This document shows, piece by piece, positions 19,464-28,535 of a stretch of 41,850 nucleotides of DNA (positions within the stretch are counted from its first letter, which is position 1; every line of letters begins with the position of its first letter). Origin of the DNA: a virus (Duplodnaviria; Caudoviricetes). Below the pieces are notes generated by a model. It did not search any database. It was not told where the DNA came from and saw only the letters and a program-made list of their open reading frames with translations. Position numbers and translations under genes: made by a program. Where the stretch lies: positions 1 through 41,850 of the IMG/VR virus record IMGVR_UViG_3300033067_001517; one strand, 5' to 3'.

Positions 19464-19735
19464 GTTGCGCAGAATTCGTAGCTGAGATTCAGAAGCGCGT
19501 GGACGATGCTACGTCTATCGGCTCACGCATCACCCTTGCTGTGCTACCGCTATCGGCAGCGCAGCTCATTATCACCCAGGCCAAAGTGGAGGGTCTGGGC
19601 CCAAGCGAGTTTTTTCACTCACCCACCGGGAACGTTTACCTGGCAGGGGTGAAGGTCATGTGGAGCAACGGAAGGCTCCCCGAAGGTCAAGCATGGTTCA
19701 GGTACGAAAACATCGGAAAGGCAAACAAGCTATGA
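19460..19735 (+). CDS. Hypothetical protein
   Basis: TTGA/ATGA-coupled 91 aa ORF. Confidence 0.5.
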   Translation: MSCAEFVAEIQKRVDDATSIGSRITLAVLPLSAAQLIITQAKVEGLGPSEFFHSPTGNVYLAGVKVMWSNGRLPEGQAWFRYENIGKANKL

Positions 19736-19944
19736 GCGAGTACATCATCTGGCAGCCCGGTCACCGTCTGCCCCCCACAGTCACGTTCCCCACGCGTCAG
19801 GCAGCCATCAAGGTTGCAGTCAGGATGGCCAATGCCGAGCCCGGAAAGAAGTATTGCGTCTGCAAAATCGTCGGCGTCAGTGAAAGGCCGGTCGTCGTCA
19901 CGGCGGTCTACAAGGACATCGACGGCGAAGACGAAAAGGCGTAA
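19732..19944 (+). CDS. Small phage protein (MSEYIIWQPG...VAVRMANAEPGKKYCV)
   Basis: ATGA-coupled start at 19732. Confidence 0.55.
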   Translation: MSEYIIWQPGHRLPPTVTFPTRQAAIKVAVRMANAEPGKKYCVCKIVGVSERPVVVTAVYKDIDGEDEKA

Positions 19945-20341
19945 GCGCGCCAAGAAGCCGCGAAGCAGGTTCCTGAAGGACGGCTCCATCAAGGAGTCCA
20001 TCATCCAGGCTGAGATTCTGAAATGGCTGCAGTCCACCGGTCTGCTTTGCTGGAGGAGCAACAGTGGCTCTCTATTTCTTCACGGACGGCACATCAATCT
20101 GGGACCTGTTGGTTGCGCTGACATTTCTGTCATCGTTCCTCCTTGTGGCCGTTTTGTCGGCCTTGAGGTCAAGTCAGCTAACGGAAGGGTCCGAAAAGAC
20201 CAAGTCACATACGCAGCAGGACTAACGAAGCAGGGCGGCCTTTACTTCATCGTGAGGAGCCTTACTGATGCAAAGAACGCAATCGCAGCAGCGCTAGGAG
20301 AGGTTCAGTGGAAGTCGCTATTCGCAGCAAGAACGGAGTGA
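19814..20341 (+). CDS. VRR-NUC domain nuclease (start uncertain, possibly GTG at 19880)
   Basis: ESIIQAEILKWL, GCADI, FVGLEVKSANGR...DQ, GGLYFIVRS. Confidence 0.8.
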   Translation: MQSGWPMPSPERSIASAKSSASVKGRSSSRRSTRTSTAKTKRRKRAKKPRSRFLKDGSIKESIIQAEILKWLQSTGLLCWRSNSGSLFLHGRHINLGPVGCADISVIVPPCGRFVGLEVKSANGRVRKDQVTYAAGLTKQGGLYFIVRSLTDAKNAIAAALGEVQWKSLFAARTE

Positions 20342-20547
20342 CGGTAGTGAATGCTCATGAGCTAGAGGTGGCCCGTCTGGTCGCAACGTGCCGTGGGTAC
20401 CACGTGGACGTTGAGCCGATGGAGCCAGGGAAATTCCGCCTTACAGCATCGAAGGGCGGTGCGACGATTCGCCTGAATGGTGCGAGCCTTGAGGACGTAA
20501 GCCTCAAGCTAATTGAAACCCTTACGCCGAAAGATAACAATGTCTAA
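20308..20547 (+). CDS. Hypothetical protein
   Basis: GGAGAGG RBS before GTG; 79 aa. Confidence 0.5.
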   Translation: MEVAIRSKNGVTVVNAHELEVARLVATCRGYHVDVEPMEPGKFRLTASKGGATIRLNGASLEDVSLKLIETLTPKDNNV

Positions 20548-21187
20548 GGAACTGTACACCGCCCTGTCCAATGCGCAGGGCAAGATTGAGAACGCGAAGA
20601 AGTCTTCGCTCAACCCGCACTTCCGCAGCAAGTACGCAGACCTTGCCGCAGTGTGGGACGCTTGCCGCGATGCCATGACCAGTGAGGGTCTGGCCGTGGT
20701 GCAGCTTCCGTGTGAAGCTCCGCCAGGTCACGTGGGTCTTGTAACCATCATCACCCACAGTAGCGGACAGAGCATGCAGGAGAAGTTCTTCATGCCCGTT
20801 GCCCAGGCGAACAACCCCCAGGCGGTTGGCTCTGCGCTGACCTACGCCAAGCGCTACGCCCTTCTTGGGGCGGCCGGCATCGCTCCTGAGGACGACGACG
20901 GAAACGCTGCTACGGGCCGTCCTGCGCCCGCTACGGCGGCACCGGCAAGGCCCACCCAGGATTGGGGAGCAGCTGCGAAGGATGCCACTGACCTTCTCTC
21001 CAAGCTTCTGGGAACCAACAACACCGCTGCTGCACGGGCGTTGTTCTCTGAGGTGCGTGGCTCCGGAATGGAGGAGCCCGCAAAGACCACCTTGCTCACT
21101 TCGATGGCGAATGCTATCCGTGAGGCTGAGGCAAAGCTGGCTGCTACGGAAGCTGCGGCGAAGGCCTCTGGAGCGAAGAAGAAGTAG
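20540..21187 (+). CDS. erf: ERF family single-strand annealing protein
   Basis: NPHFRSKYADLAAV, QAVGSALTYAKRYAL, EDDDGNAA motifs. Confidence 0.9.
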   Translation: MSKELYTALSNAQGKIENAKKSSLNPHFRSKYADLAAVWDACRDAMTSEGLAVVQLPCEAPPGHVGLVTIITHSSGQSMQEKFFMPVAQANNPQAVGSALTYAKRYALLGAAGIAPEDDDGNAATGRPAPATAAPARPTQDWGAAAKDATDLLSKLLGTNNTAAARALFSEVRGSGMEEPAKTTLLTSMANAIREAEAKLAATEAAAKASGAKKK

Positions 21188-21271
21188 TGGTAGCGTCGCT
21201 ACTGTTTCTGTTCTTCATCACCGTGTCTGTTGAGTTGATGATTGAAACACTGAAAAAGGAACTAGAAGAAA

Positions 21272-21607
21272 ATGGCAGAGATTGAAGTCAAGGGATACGT
21301 GAACAAGCCTTCCACCAAGGAGGGCGCCAAGGGCAAGTTTGGCGTCTTTACCCTGGCTTCCAGCCAGAAGGAGAAGGACGGCACCAAGACGAAGGTGTAC
21401 TACGACTGCGTCTACTTCGCTGGTGAGGCACCCCCGGAGAGCGCGTTCGTCACGGTCAAGGGATGGTTCAGCGTCAAGAAGTACGCCAAGAAGGACGGCG
21501 GTGAGGGCACCGGGCTCAGCATCAACGTCCAGCACCTTGAGGTTGCCCCCCCGCGTGAGGGCGCTGGTCCTGCCAGCACGCCGCCCAAGGACGACTTCGG
21601 GCTGTAA
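21272..21607 (+). CDS. ssb: Single-stranded DNA-binding protein (OB fold)
   Basis: IEVKGYV...FTLAS...YYDCVYF...VTVKG pattern; acidic DDFGL tail; next to ERF. Confidence 0.7.
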   Translation: MAEIEVKGYVNKPSTKEGAKGKFGVFTLASSQKEKDGTKTKVYYDCVYFAGEAPPESAFVTVKGWFSVKKYAKKDGGEGTGLSINVQHLEVAPPREGAGPASTPPKDDFGL

Positions 21608-21609
21608 TT

Positions 21610-21769
21610 GTGTCGTACCCGTCGCAATCACCTGAAGCAAGGCGGGCGTACATGGCCTCATACCGGGTAAAGAATCCTGGTATGCAGGCCTTGTATTGTA
21701 GGACTACTAATGGAAGACCCAAACATCATTAGGCGTGCCGCCGAATACGTTGAAAGCAGAAAACTTTGA
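21610..21769 (+). pseudogene. Internally deleted endonuclease VII-like remnant
   Basis: N-terminal RRAYMASYRVKNP and, in another frame, GLLMEDPNIIRRAAEYVESRKL*, resembling the C-terminus of 15148-15582 (GMADDCIVTLLAAAEYL). Confidence 0.5.
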
Positions 21770-22731
21770 GCGCATCAGCATCCAAGTCTGCGTTGCTACT
21801 GTCAGGGTGCCTACGTTGGGCAGGGCCTGAGGGCAAGGAGTACCGCCCCGATGGGGTAGACACTACCAAGCGGGATGACGGAAGCATGTTCCATGGCGGC
21901 ATGGACTGCTACTACAAGGGCAAGAACCACTTTGTGACCAAGCCCTCCGTCCAAGCCCTGGTTGGCAAAGCCATTGAATGGTCAAACGAACACCTTGCGC
22001 CTCGGTGTGTCACGATTCATAGTGAAGTCTATGTCGCATACAACTTCGCAACCGGAGAGGTGCATGTGGACCCTTCGGTGTCAGAGCGCGGCTACCCGGA
22101 CATGCCGGGCTACCTGCCAGGCACTACCGACCTCGTCTGCGTTCTGGCGACAGATGAGCTTCTCGTCGCTGACTGGAAGACTGGAGCGGGAACTGGTGCA
22201 GACAAGCAACTCCTTACACTGGCTTGCGGACTCCGAAAGGTCTACACGATGCCAGACGGGAGCTACCGAAAGGTGCGCCTTGCCTGCCTCTACGCCAACC
22301 CGGACGGCATTCACTCGGATGAGTGGCCCGTTACTGAGGGCGATTTACTCGCCCATGAATTCGCAATGGCCGAACAACTGGCCAACATAGGAGTCAGGAA
22401 TGAGCCAGTTCTCGGCGTCCACTGTACGCAACTGTACTGCCCTCATCTGGCTTATTGCCCTGGAGTCACCGCAATCGTGGAAGACCTATCTGAATCTCCT
22501 CAAGCGCTTCTACGGCCGGAAGCACTGGTACGCCGCTACCCGATGACGGATAACCCCATCAGTGACGAAGAGGCCGGCCACGTCATGGAGAGGATTACTG
22601 CCGCTCGCCGGCAGATGAAGTATTACGAAGAGTGCATGCGCAAGTACATCAACAACGGAGGCCGCGCCGTAGCTGGCGACTTTGAATTCAAGTCTACGAA
22701 TTCCGGCTTCAGATGGGTGAAGAGAACATGA
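21766..22731 (+). CDS. PD-(D/E)XK (RecB/Cas4-like) exonuclease
   Basis: GTTDLV...VADWKTG...QL motifs; Cys cluster HCTQLYCPHLAYCP plus an N-terminal Cys. Confidence 0.75.
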   Translation: MSASASKSALLLSGCLRWAGPEGKEYRPDGVDTTKRDDGSMFHGGMDCYYKGKNHFVTKPSVQALVGKAIEWSNEHLAPRCVTIHSEVYVAYNFATGEVHVDPSVSERGYPDMPGYLPGTTDLVCVLATDELLVADWKTGAGTGADKQLLTLACGLRKVYTMPDGSYRKVRLACLYANPDGIHSDEWPVTEGDLLAHEFAMAEQLANIGVRNEPVLGVHCTQLYCPHLAYCPGVTAIVEDLSESPQALLRPEALVRRYPMTDNPISDEEAGHVMERITAARRQMKYYEECMRKYINNGGRAVAGDFEFKSTNSGFRWVKRT

Positions 22732-23177
22732 GCGATGACAAGAAGCCGCTGACCAAGCAGGAGCGCGTTGAGGCGCTTACGGAGGGCTCGCTGGAGTTCT
22801 TCGGGGAGTCGCTTGAGAAGGTGTTTGAGAACTTCTACGACTCGGCTATGTCAGGGAACGATGAGGACCTTGTGTACGCAGCTGTGAGTGCGTGGCAGCT
22901 TGCCAACAGCATTAGCAAGTTCTTCCGTGAGGTTACGCTTGCTGGCCTGAAGATGGGAAACGCGGATAAGGCCAAGGCTCAGTCCATTGCCAACGCCATG
23001 TCCAGGCACTTCCAGGACAACATGAAGCGAATTGGAGAGGCCGTTGCCTCACGTTCTGGTAAGCCCGCCACCATTGTTGAGGTGCATGAGCTTCCTGCGG
23101 CTGCTGAGCCGTACGCAAACATCCAGGACGAAGGCACCCTGCGGGATGCCGGAAAGCCGGACCCTTCCCTGAACTAG
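22728..23177 (+). CDS. Hypothetical protein
   Basis: ATGA-coupled; last gene before terminator. Confidence 0.55.
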   Translation: MSDDKKPLTKQERVEALTEGSLEFFGESLEKVFENFYDSAMSGNDEDLVYAAVSAWQLANSISKFFREVTLAGLKMGNADKAKAQSIANAMSRHFQDNMKRIGEAVASRSGKPATIVEVHELPAAAEPYANIQDEGTLRDAGKPDPSLN

Positions 23178-23262
23178 GGGGAGTTTGACTGAACTTCCTT
23201 GTAGAAACCATTCCTTGATTGATTCCTGCTGGCCGGGAGTTTTTCGCCACACTTTTTGACCC

Positions 23263-23304
23263 TCCGGTCTGGGCATTTCAAAACCCAGGCCGGATTTTTT
23301 ATTT
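23263..23304 (+). terminator. Intrinsic terminator closing the replication operon
   Basis: TCCGGTCTGGG-loop-CCCAGGCCGGA followed by TTTTTTATTT. Confidence 0.7.
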
Positions 23305-23564
23305 CGTCGTCCGGGCCAGACTCAGATTTCCCCATAGTTGCAACTAATGGCCGGCTCCCAACTTTGGCAACCCCTAGCCGGCGCTGAGGCCTCAAGCTCT
23401 GGATTGGCGCATACGCTACCAGCGGAAAACGCGCTGGCACACTTCGTGACGGCACACCGCTTGCTCTTACGCGCGCGCGATTCCTCCCTAGGCCGATGGC
23501 CTCCCGGCCTGGCCCAAAGTGGTTCAACCATTCAACCGTGCCAGTGTAAGGTTCGATAAACATC

Positions 23565-23705
23565 GAATTAGGCCAGGATTGCGTTGACGCGCGCCCATTC
23601 GGTTCCGTTGGTCGGAGTCTCCAAACGATTCCTAGCCCCGATTCCGGCCCGGCAATTGGGGTCATACCTACATGCAAAAACCCCGTGTTTTCGCATTGCG
23701 TCATG
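23565..23705 (+). repeat. Copy 1 of ~140 bp degenerate direct repeat
   Basis: Shares GAATT..AGGAT.GCGT.TGACGC, CGGCCCGGCAA and GCAAAAACCCCGTGTTT(T)CGCA.TGCGTCATG with 27766-27903. Confidence 0.75.
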
Positions 23706-23759
23706 CTTCGCGTGCTAAAGATTCCTCGCACCCTGTCACACTCCTTTTCGCTTTCTTCT

Positions 23760-23946
23760 GGACGGATTCCGTTCCTCTGTCAGAACGAAGCTTGCCAGGG
23801 GGAAACCCCCCGGCGCCGTTCTCTGAAAACTTGGGCCTCTGTTCCGCGCAACATCGGTTGTGCCCGGGGGAGGCCATACGATTACCTCAGTACGTCTAAC
23901 CACGTATTGAGGCCGTATCAGCCCTGCGAATGCTTCGCGCGGCTGA
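23760..23946 (+). ncRNA. Candidate structured leader / ncRNA of back-to-back hairpins
   Basis: Four to five adjacent stem-loops with G-U pairs upstream of the amidoligase RBS. Confidence 0.4.
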
Positions 23947-23988
23947 CTCGGCTTCAATGCCTCACCTACGAACAGGAAAGAGGAAGCT

Positions 23989-25686
23989 ATGCCCAGCATC
24001 GCTCCAATCCCCGCACCGGCACCGGCCCCGCGCCGCCGGCCGGTGTTTGACGACGACGACGACGGATACGGGCGCCCGGCCTCCGAACCGGAACAGTCGC
24101 CCGATAGCTACCAGCGTGCGCAAACGCTGGAAACCAAGCGAATCCAGCGCTTTACGGAGCGCGCGAAGCGGCTTTTCAAGCCCCGGCCCTTCGTTTGGCC
24201 GGTTCCGGAATCGCAGTGCGTCAACGGATACAGAATCCGGACCGATTGGAAGGATTCCGGTCAGTCTGTCCACGCTGGTACCTACGTGTACACGCCTCCG
24301 CGCGTCGGTTGCGGCACGGTAGGCGCAGATTGCGACTATTGCGTTTCGGATAGGACGGACCTAGCCCGGCGCATGTCCAAGCTCGGTCTCGCCGGCGGCG
24401 TTGCTCCCGGTCATGCGTTTTTGCAGCTGGAAACCAAGCTGGCACGGCGCCTTACTTCGCAAGAATTCCTGTACCTGGTCAACCGGGTTGGAATCGGGGT
24501 CAACGCTGACGCGCTGGAATTGGGGCTGAAACAGGCCGAAACGAACGCGCGCAACTACCATGCCACGGAGGAAGAATCCCGTTTGCGCCGGGAGATTGCA
24601 AACCTCCGCGCGGAAAGCGACCGCTCCGTCCAGGAAAAGCGCAACCGAATCGCGAACATGCGAAAGAAGGAGCGCGCTCTTTCTTCTGCCATGCGCTGCG
24701 ATCCTCCCCCCGTCAACGTGGACGACCGGGATATCAGGGACGGGGTTTACCAGCGGCGTAGCCCCGTCCACGGTGTTCCCTTCCTAGCCTCCCGGGGTTG
24801 GAAGCGCTCCAACCGAATGGTTGGAATCGAAGTGGAATACAACCAAACGTGCGACCTTTCCACGTGGATAAAGCGCTGGAATGGCGCCGTTCACACGGAT
24901 GGTTCGTGCGGCTGGGAAGCGGTCACTACCCCGATTGCCGGGGATAGGATTCTTCCGTGCATGGTGCAGCTTACGGATAGCCTCAAAGCTGCGCACGTCC
25001 ATGCCGATGGCCGTTGCTCCGTCCACGTCCACGTGGATGCGTCCGACGTGACCTGGGCTTGCATGCGGCGTCTTCTGCACGTCTACGCGCTGGTAGAGCC
25101 ATTGCTTTACGCAATCGGAGGCCAGCACCGGTCACAATCGCGCTATGCCGCACCATGTGGGAAAGCCTACAGAGAAGCGGCCAAGTGCGGCGACTTTAAG
25201 GAGGCCGTGCTTTGGGTAGCCATGGCTGGCGCTTCCCTGGGCCATCGTGGCCGGGACATGGCCCGTCAGAGGCCGGGGAAGAAAGACGGAGGCCGTTACA
25301 GGGGCCTCAATATCATGCCTTGGGCCGCTGGACGGCGCACCATGGCACCGGATACGACCATCGAATTCCGTATCCACCGGAATTGCCTGGACGGAAAGCG
25401 TATTGCCGGCTGGGCCAGTCTTCTGGCCAGCTTGGTTGACTTTGCCGTGCATTCCTCTGACTCGGAAGTGGACAAGCTTCCTAAGTCAGCGCTTCGCACC
25501 TTGATTCTTGCGTGTCCCGAAGACAAAGCCTGGATTCTCTCCCGGGTCAAGTCGTGGCGAAAGGCCACAACGGCCGTGAGAATCGGGGAAGTCTACGATG
25601 ATGCGGGAACCGTGATTCCCTGGCGCCGAATCAGCGCTAGAAAGGGTTGGTCACTATGTGCGGACTTGGCGGATTCTCCGGAGTGA
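23989..25686 (+). CDS. Putative amidoligase (COOH-NH2 ligase, glutamine-synthetase-like fold) with long N-terminal extension
   Basis: VGIEVEY, HTDGSCGWEAVTTP, CSVHVHVD, RYRGLN, TIEFRIH motifs; GAAAGAGG RBS. Confidence 0.85.
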   Translation: MPSIAPIPAPAPAPRRRPVFDDDDDGYGRPASEPEQSPDSYQRAQTLETKRIQRFTERAKRLFKPRPFVWPVPESQCVNGYRIRTDWKDSGQSVHAGTYVYTPPRVGCGTVGADCDYCVSDRTDLARRMSKLGLAGGVAPGHAFLQLETKLARRLTSQEFLYLVNRVGIGVNADALELGLKQAETNARNYHATEEESRLRREIANLRAESDRSVQEKRNRIANMRKKERALSSAMRCDPPPVNVDDRDIRDGVYQRRSPVHGVPFLASRGWKRSNRMVGIEVEYNQTCDLSTWIKRWNGAVHTDGSCGWEAVTTPIAGDRILPCMVQLTDSLKAAHVHADGRCSVHVHVDASDVTWACMRRLLHVYALVEPLLYAIGGQHRSQSRYAAPCGKAYREAAKCGDFKEAVLWVAMAGASLGHRGRDMARQRPGKKDGGRYRGLNIMPWAAGRRTMAPDTTIEFRIHRNCLDGKRIAGWASLLASLVDFAVHSSDSEVDKLPKSALRTLILACPEDKAWILSRVKSWRKATTAVRIGEVYDDAGTVIPWRRISARKGWSLCADLADSPE

Positions 25687-27089
25687 CTAACATGTCTATC
25701 CGGGTCAAGCTGGCCGGTGCCTTGGGTATCGGCCTGGACAAGCGCGGAGGCCATGCGGCTGGATACGTCTCCCTCTCTTCCGCTGACAGCGGAAAGGGGA
25801 TTGGGATGGCCCGGCGCGCTGGCAAGTGGGGCGATTCCAGCTGGCGTTTCATTCGGAGCGCTGCGGCCGGGGAGGTCGCCATCATGCACGCGCGGTACGC
25901 TACATGTGGGGAAAAGGACAATCCCCTGCATGCGCATCCGTTCGCTATCCGTAGGGAGGGAAAAACCGTCCTTTACGGAGCGCACAACGGAATCGTCTAC
26001 GGAGGCCGGGACACTGCGAAAGCGGCTGGCCGGGAATACACCGTGGACAGCCGGGAGCTTTTTGAGCTCTTGGCTGACGGCAACATCGCTGCTATCCAGG
26101 CAATGTCAGGCTACGGTGTAATCAATTGGGTTACACCGGAGTCAGGCGTGGTTAGGATGGCTCGGCTTTCCAGCAATTCTGACTTTGCGTGCGTCTCGCT
26201 CGCATGCGGCGGAATCGCTTGGGCCTCTACCATGGCCATCCTGGAAGAGGCCGTGAAACATGCCGAAACGGAACCGGTTTCCACACTTCTGGCGCCTGAC
26301 GTGGGCAAAGTGTACACGTTGACGCCTGAGGGAATCTGCGAAACCGGACAGACTGACCTACGGGTCAACATGTCCGAAAAGCGCTCGTCCTACTCTTCCG
26401 GGGTTTCCGGTTGGGGCGGATACGGTGGCTCACATAGCCGCTACTTCGGAGGTGATTACGGGGGAAGTCTCCGGGATTACTTCGATGTTGCACCGTCCAC
26501 GCCCCGGCCTACCGTCAAGCGGGAAAGGTCCGAAGGTCCGATGTTTCGGGTAGGTGACACGTTCAAAGGGTCGGACGGTATCGCCTGGACGAAGCTTTCC
26601 ACCGGTTGGATAAAGGATGAGGACATGAAGCCTCTTTCTTTCGTCCGAAACGCGGAAAGCACCGTGAAAACGCGCGTTTCTAGCAGCGTGGTACAGCTTC
26701 CCTTGCGACCGGCGCAATCGGGGCTTTCTACGCGCGCCAAGCCTGGCCAGTGTATCCACGGCGCCAAGCTTACGGAGCACTGCGATTCTTGCACCGGCCC
26801 GAAAACGGCCCGGGGTATGGGCGCGCTGCAGCCTGACCCCAAGTCAGAGAAAGAGGAAAAGGTGCCTGACACGGCACGTTCGGCACGATTCTTCCCGGCC
26901 ATTCAAGTGGTGGACGGGGATATCGAATGGGAACCGGTGGAAGGGGATAACGGCCGCGTTGTCTGGATTCCAACGGACCTGGACGCTATGTCCGACGAGC
27001 AACTTGGGGAGCTAACAGAGGCCCAATGGGAAGCCATCATGGCTCAATACACGCCAGAGGAAGAGAAAGAGGAAACCCCCAGCCGCTAG
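25656..27089 (+). CDS. Class II (Ntn) glutamine amidotransferase with long C-terminal extension
   Basis: Start MCGLGG puts catalytic Cys at position 2; RGGHAAG, HARYAT, HAHPF, AHNGIV, VDSREL motifs. Confidence 0.85.
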   Translation: MCGLGGFSGVTNMSIRVKLAGALGIGLDKRGGHAAGYVSLSSADSGKGIGMARRAGKWGDSSWRFIRSAAAGEVAIMHARYATCGEKDNPLHAHPFAIRREGKTVLYGAHNGIVYGGRDTAKAAGREYTVDSRELFELLADGNIAAIQAMSGYGVINWVTPESGVVRMARLSSNSDFACVSLACGGIAWASTMAILEEAVKHAETEPVSTLLAPDVGKVYTLTPEGICETGQTDLRVNMSEKRSSYSSGVSGWGGYGGSHSRYFGGDYGGSLRDYFDVAPSTPRPTVKRERSEGPMFRVGDTFKGSDGIAWTKLSTGWIKDEDMKPLSFVRNAESTVKTRVSSSVVQLPLRPAQSGLSTRAKPGQCIHGAKLTEHCDSCTGPKTARGMGALQPDPKSEKEEKVPDTARSARFFPAIQVVDGDIEWEPVEGDNGRVVWIPTDLDAMSDEQLGELTEAQWEAIMAQYTPEEEKEETPSR

Positions 27090-27096
27090 GGAGGTG

Positions 27097-27165
27097 ATGT
27101 ATCTGCTTGTAGGTGCATTCGTAATCTTGCTTTTCGTGATTCTTTCAGCGGTCAACGCTGACTAA
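27097..27165 (+). CDS. 22-aa hydrophobic peptide (MYLLVGAFVILLFVILSAVNAD)
   Basis: GGGAGG RBS-like sequence directly after GATase stop. Confidence 0.45.
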   Translation: MYLLVGAFVILLFVILSAVNAD

Positions 27166-27229
27166 CCGTGGCGAAAGCCACATGTTACCAAACCGCCCAC
27201 ATGGGCACCTTGAGAAAGAAAAAGCACAC

Positions 27230-27487
27230 ATGTCTACGTCCAATGCCACGGCCAAGCTTTCCAACGTCGTTCGTTTCGTCGTCCTTCGCATGACCCTCCC
27301 GGCCGGTGAGGCCACGGTGTGCAAGCGTAAGAAGGGGTATATCTCCTTCCTCAAGGAGGAAAACGCCAGCAAGATGGCCAAGCGCCTGGCAAGCAAGAAT
27401 CCGGGAGCACGCTTCTACGTGGCGGGAACCACGGAAGGTCACTTCCTCCCGGCTGCAGCCACGCTGCAGAGCACGACCTACCAGTGA
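27230..27487 (+). CDS. Small phage protein (...MAKRLASKNPGARFYV...)
   Basis: A-rich leader before ATG; motif similar to 19732-19944. Confidence 0.55.
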   Translation: MSTSNATAKLSNVVRFVVLRMTLPAGEATVCKRKKGYISFLKEENASKMAKRLASKNPGARFYVAGTTEGHFLPAAATLQSTTYQ

Positions 27488-27765
27488 CGGTAGACAGGAA
27501 CCAAGCACGGCCGGTCTAGCACCTTGTGTGACATTGTCCCCTGTAACACCCTAGTAAGGTCGCTCCCCAACCGGTGCCAGCTGGCCTCTACATACAATAT
27601 GCTACACTGACCGCGCAAGGTCCCGGGAGGCCGGTTCAAACTGGCAAGATGGCCGCTAGCCCTGGCAAGGTTAGCGGCCGTTTCCTTTGGTGACGCGCAA
27701 GCGTCCTTTTGCAGCGCACGTGCCAGCATACGGCAATGCATGCGAAAGCGTTACAGCGCTGGCGG

Positions 27766-27903
27766 AATTGCCCTAGGATGCGTTTGACGCATAGGGGCCG
27801 GGTCAGTGTTCGTTTTCGGTCCGGAGCGTTTCTAGGGCCATCCACGGCCCGGCAAACGGCAATCACGATATAGCAAAAACCCCGTGTTTCGCAGTGCGTC
27901 ATG
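27766..27903 (+). repeat. Copy 2 of ~140 bp degenerate direct repeat
   Basis: Matches 23565-23705. Confidence 0.75.
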
Positions 27904-28022
27904 GGTCGTTTTCTGTCCGATTGGTCCGCGCCCAATAGCACGGCGCAAGCGACTGTCCAGAAGAAAGTTTTTTTTGACCGGTGAGGCTTTCTAGGTCAAA
28001 ACAGAGGCCGGAGGTTTTCACC

Positions 28023-28358
28023 ATGCTCGTTTCCCACCTGCGCAACATGCGCTCCGTCGCCATCGCCTACGCAAGCGTCAAGCTGGCCCCGGCCACGTCC
28101 ACGGTGTGCCGAATCGATGGCGTGACGCGTCGGCGCCTGACCGGCCTGGACAAGCACGACCAGCGCAACGCCCTGGCCATGATGGCCGCTGCAGAGTGTC
28201 CCTTCATTCGGCTGTCAGAGGCCGATTCGCCCACGGAAAGCCACGCCATGAGCCTGTCAGAGACCGCACGGGCCATCGCCCGGGCCAAGCTCCCGGCCAT
28301 CGGTTGCGGCGCATGCGGAATCATCGGCTCGCACATGCCTCGTTGTCCCCTCGCCTGA
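28023..28358 (+). CDS. Hypothetical protein with C-terminal CxxC...HxxxC motif
   Basis: GGAGG RBS before ATG 28023; CGACGIIGSHMPRC. Confidence 0.55.
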   Translation: MLVSHLRNMRSVAIAYASVKLAPATSTVCRIDGVTRRRLTGLDKHDQRNALAMMAAAECPFIRLSEADSPTESHAMSLSETARAIARAKLPAIGCGACGIIGSHMPRCPLA

Positions 28359-28373
28359 TAGAAAGGTCGCACC

Positions 28374-28496
28374 ATGTCATACACTCTCGCTGTCTTCCTG
28401 CTTTCGTTCAATGCCCCGGCCATGGTCGCACGGGGGGAGGCCATGCTTTCCAGGCTGTCAGAGGATTACAGCCTGACGGGAAAGGTACTCCGGTAG
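28374..28496 (+). CDS. 40-aa hypothetical peptide (MSYTLAVFLLSFN...)
   Basis: GAAAGG RBS; followed by terminator. Confidence 0.4.
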   Translation: MSYTLAVFLLSFNAPAMVARGEAMLSRLSEDYSLTGKVLR

Positions 28497-28535
28497 CGCG
28501 TCTCCAAAGGCGCCAAGCGTCACTGTAAGAAAACG

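Noticed and set aside
21766-22731. CRISPR-associated Cas4
   Set aside because: Context with ERF and SSB indicates a stand-alone recombination exonuclease
23174-23731. 185-aa minus-strand ORF
   Set aside because: Runs through a terminator and repeated regulatory motifs, has no RBS or recognisable motif; likely spurious
27165-27210. GTGGC-GAAA-GCCAC hairpin as c-di-GMP riboswitch
   Set aside because: Other conserved elements of that aptamer were not found; only a generic GNRA hairpin
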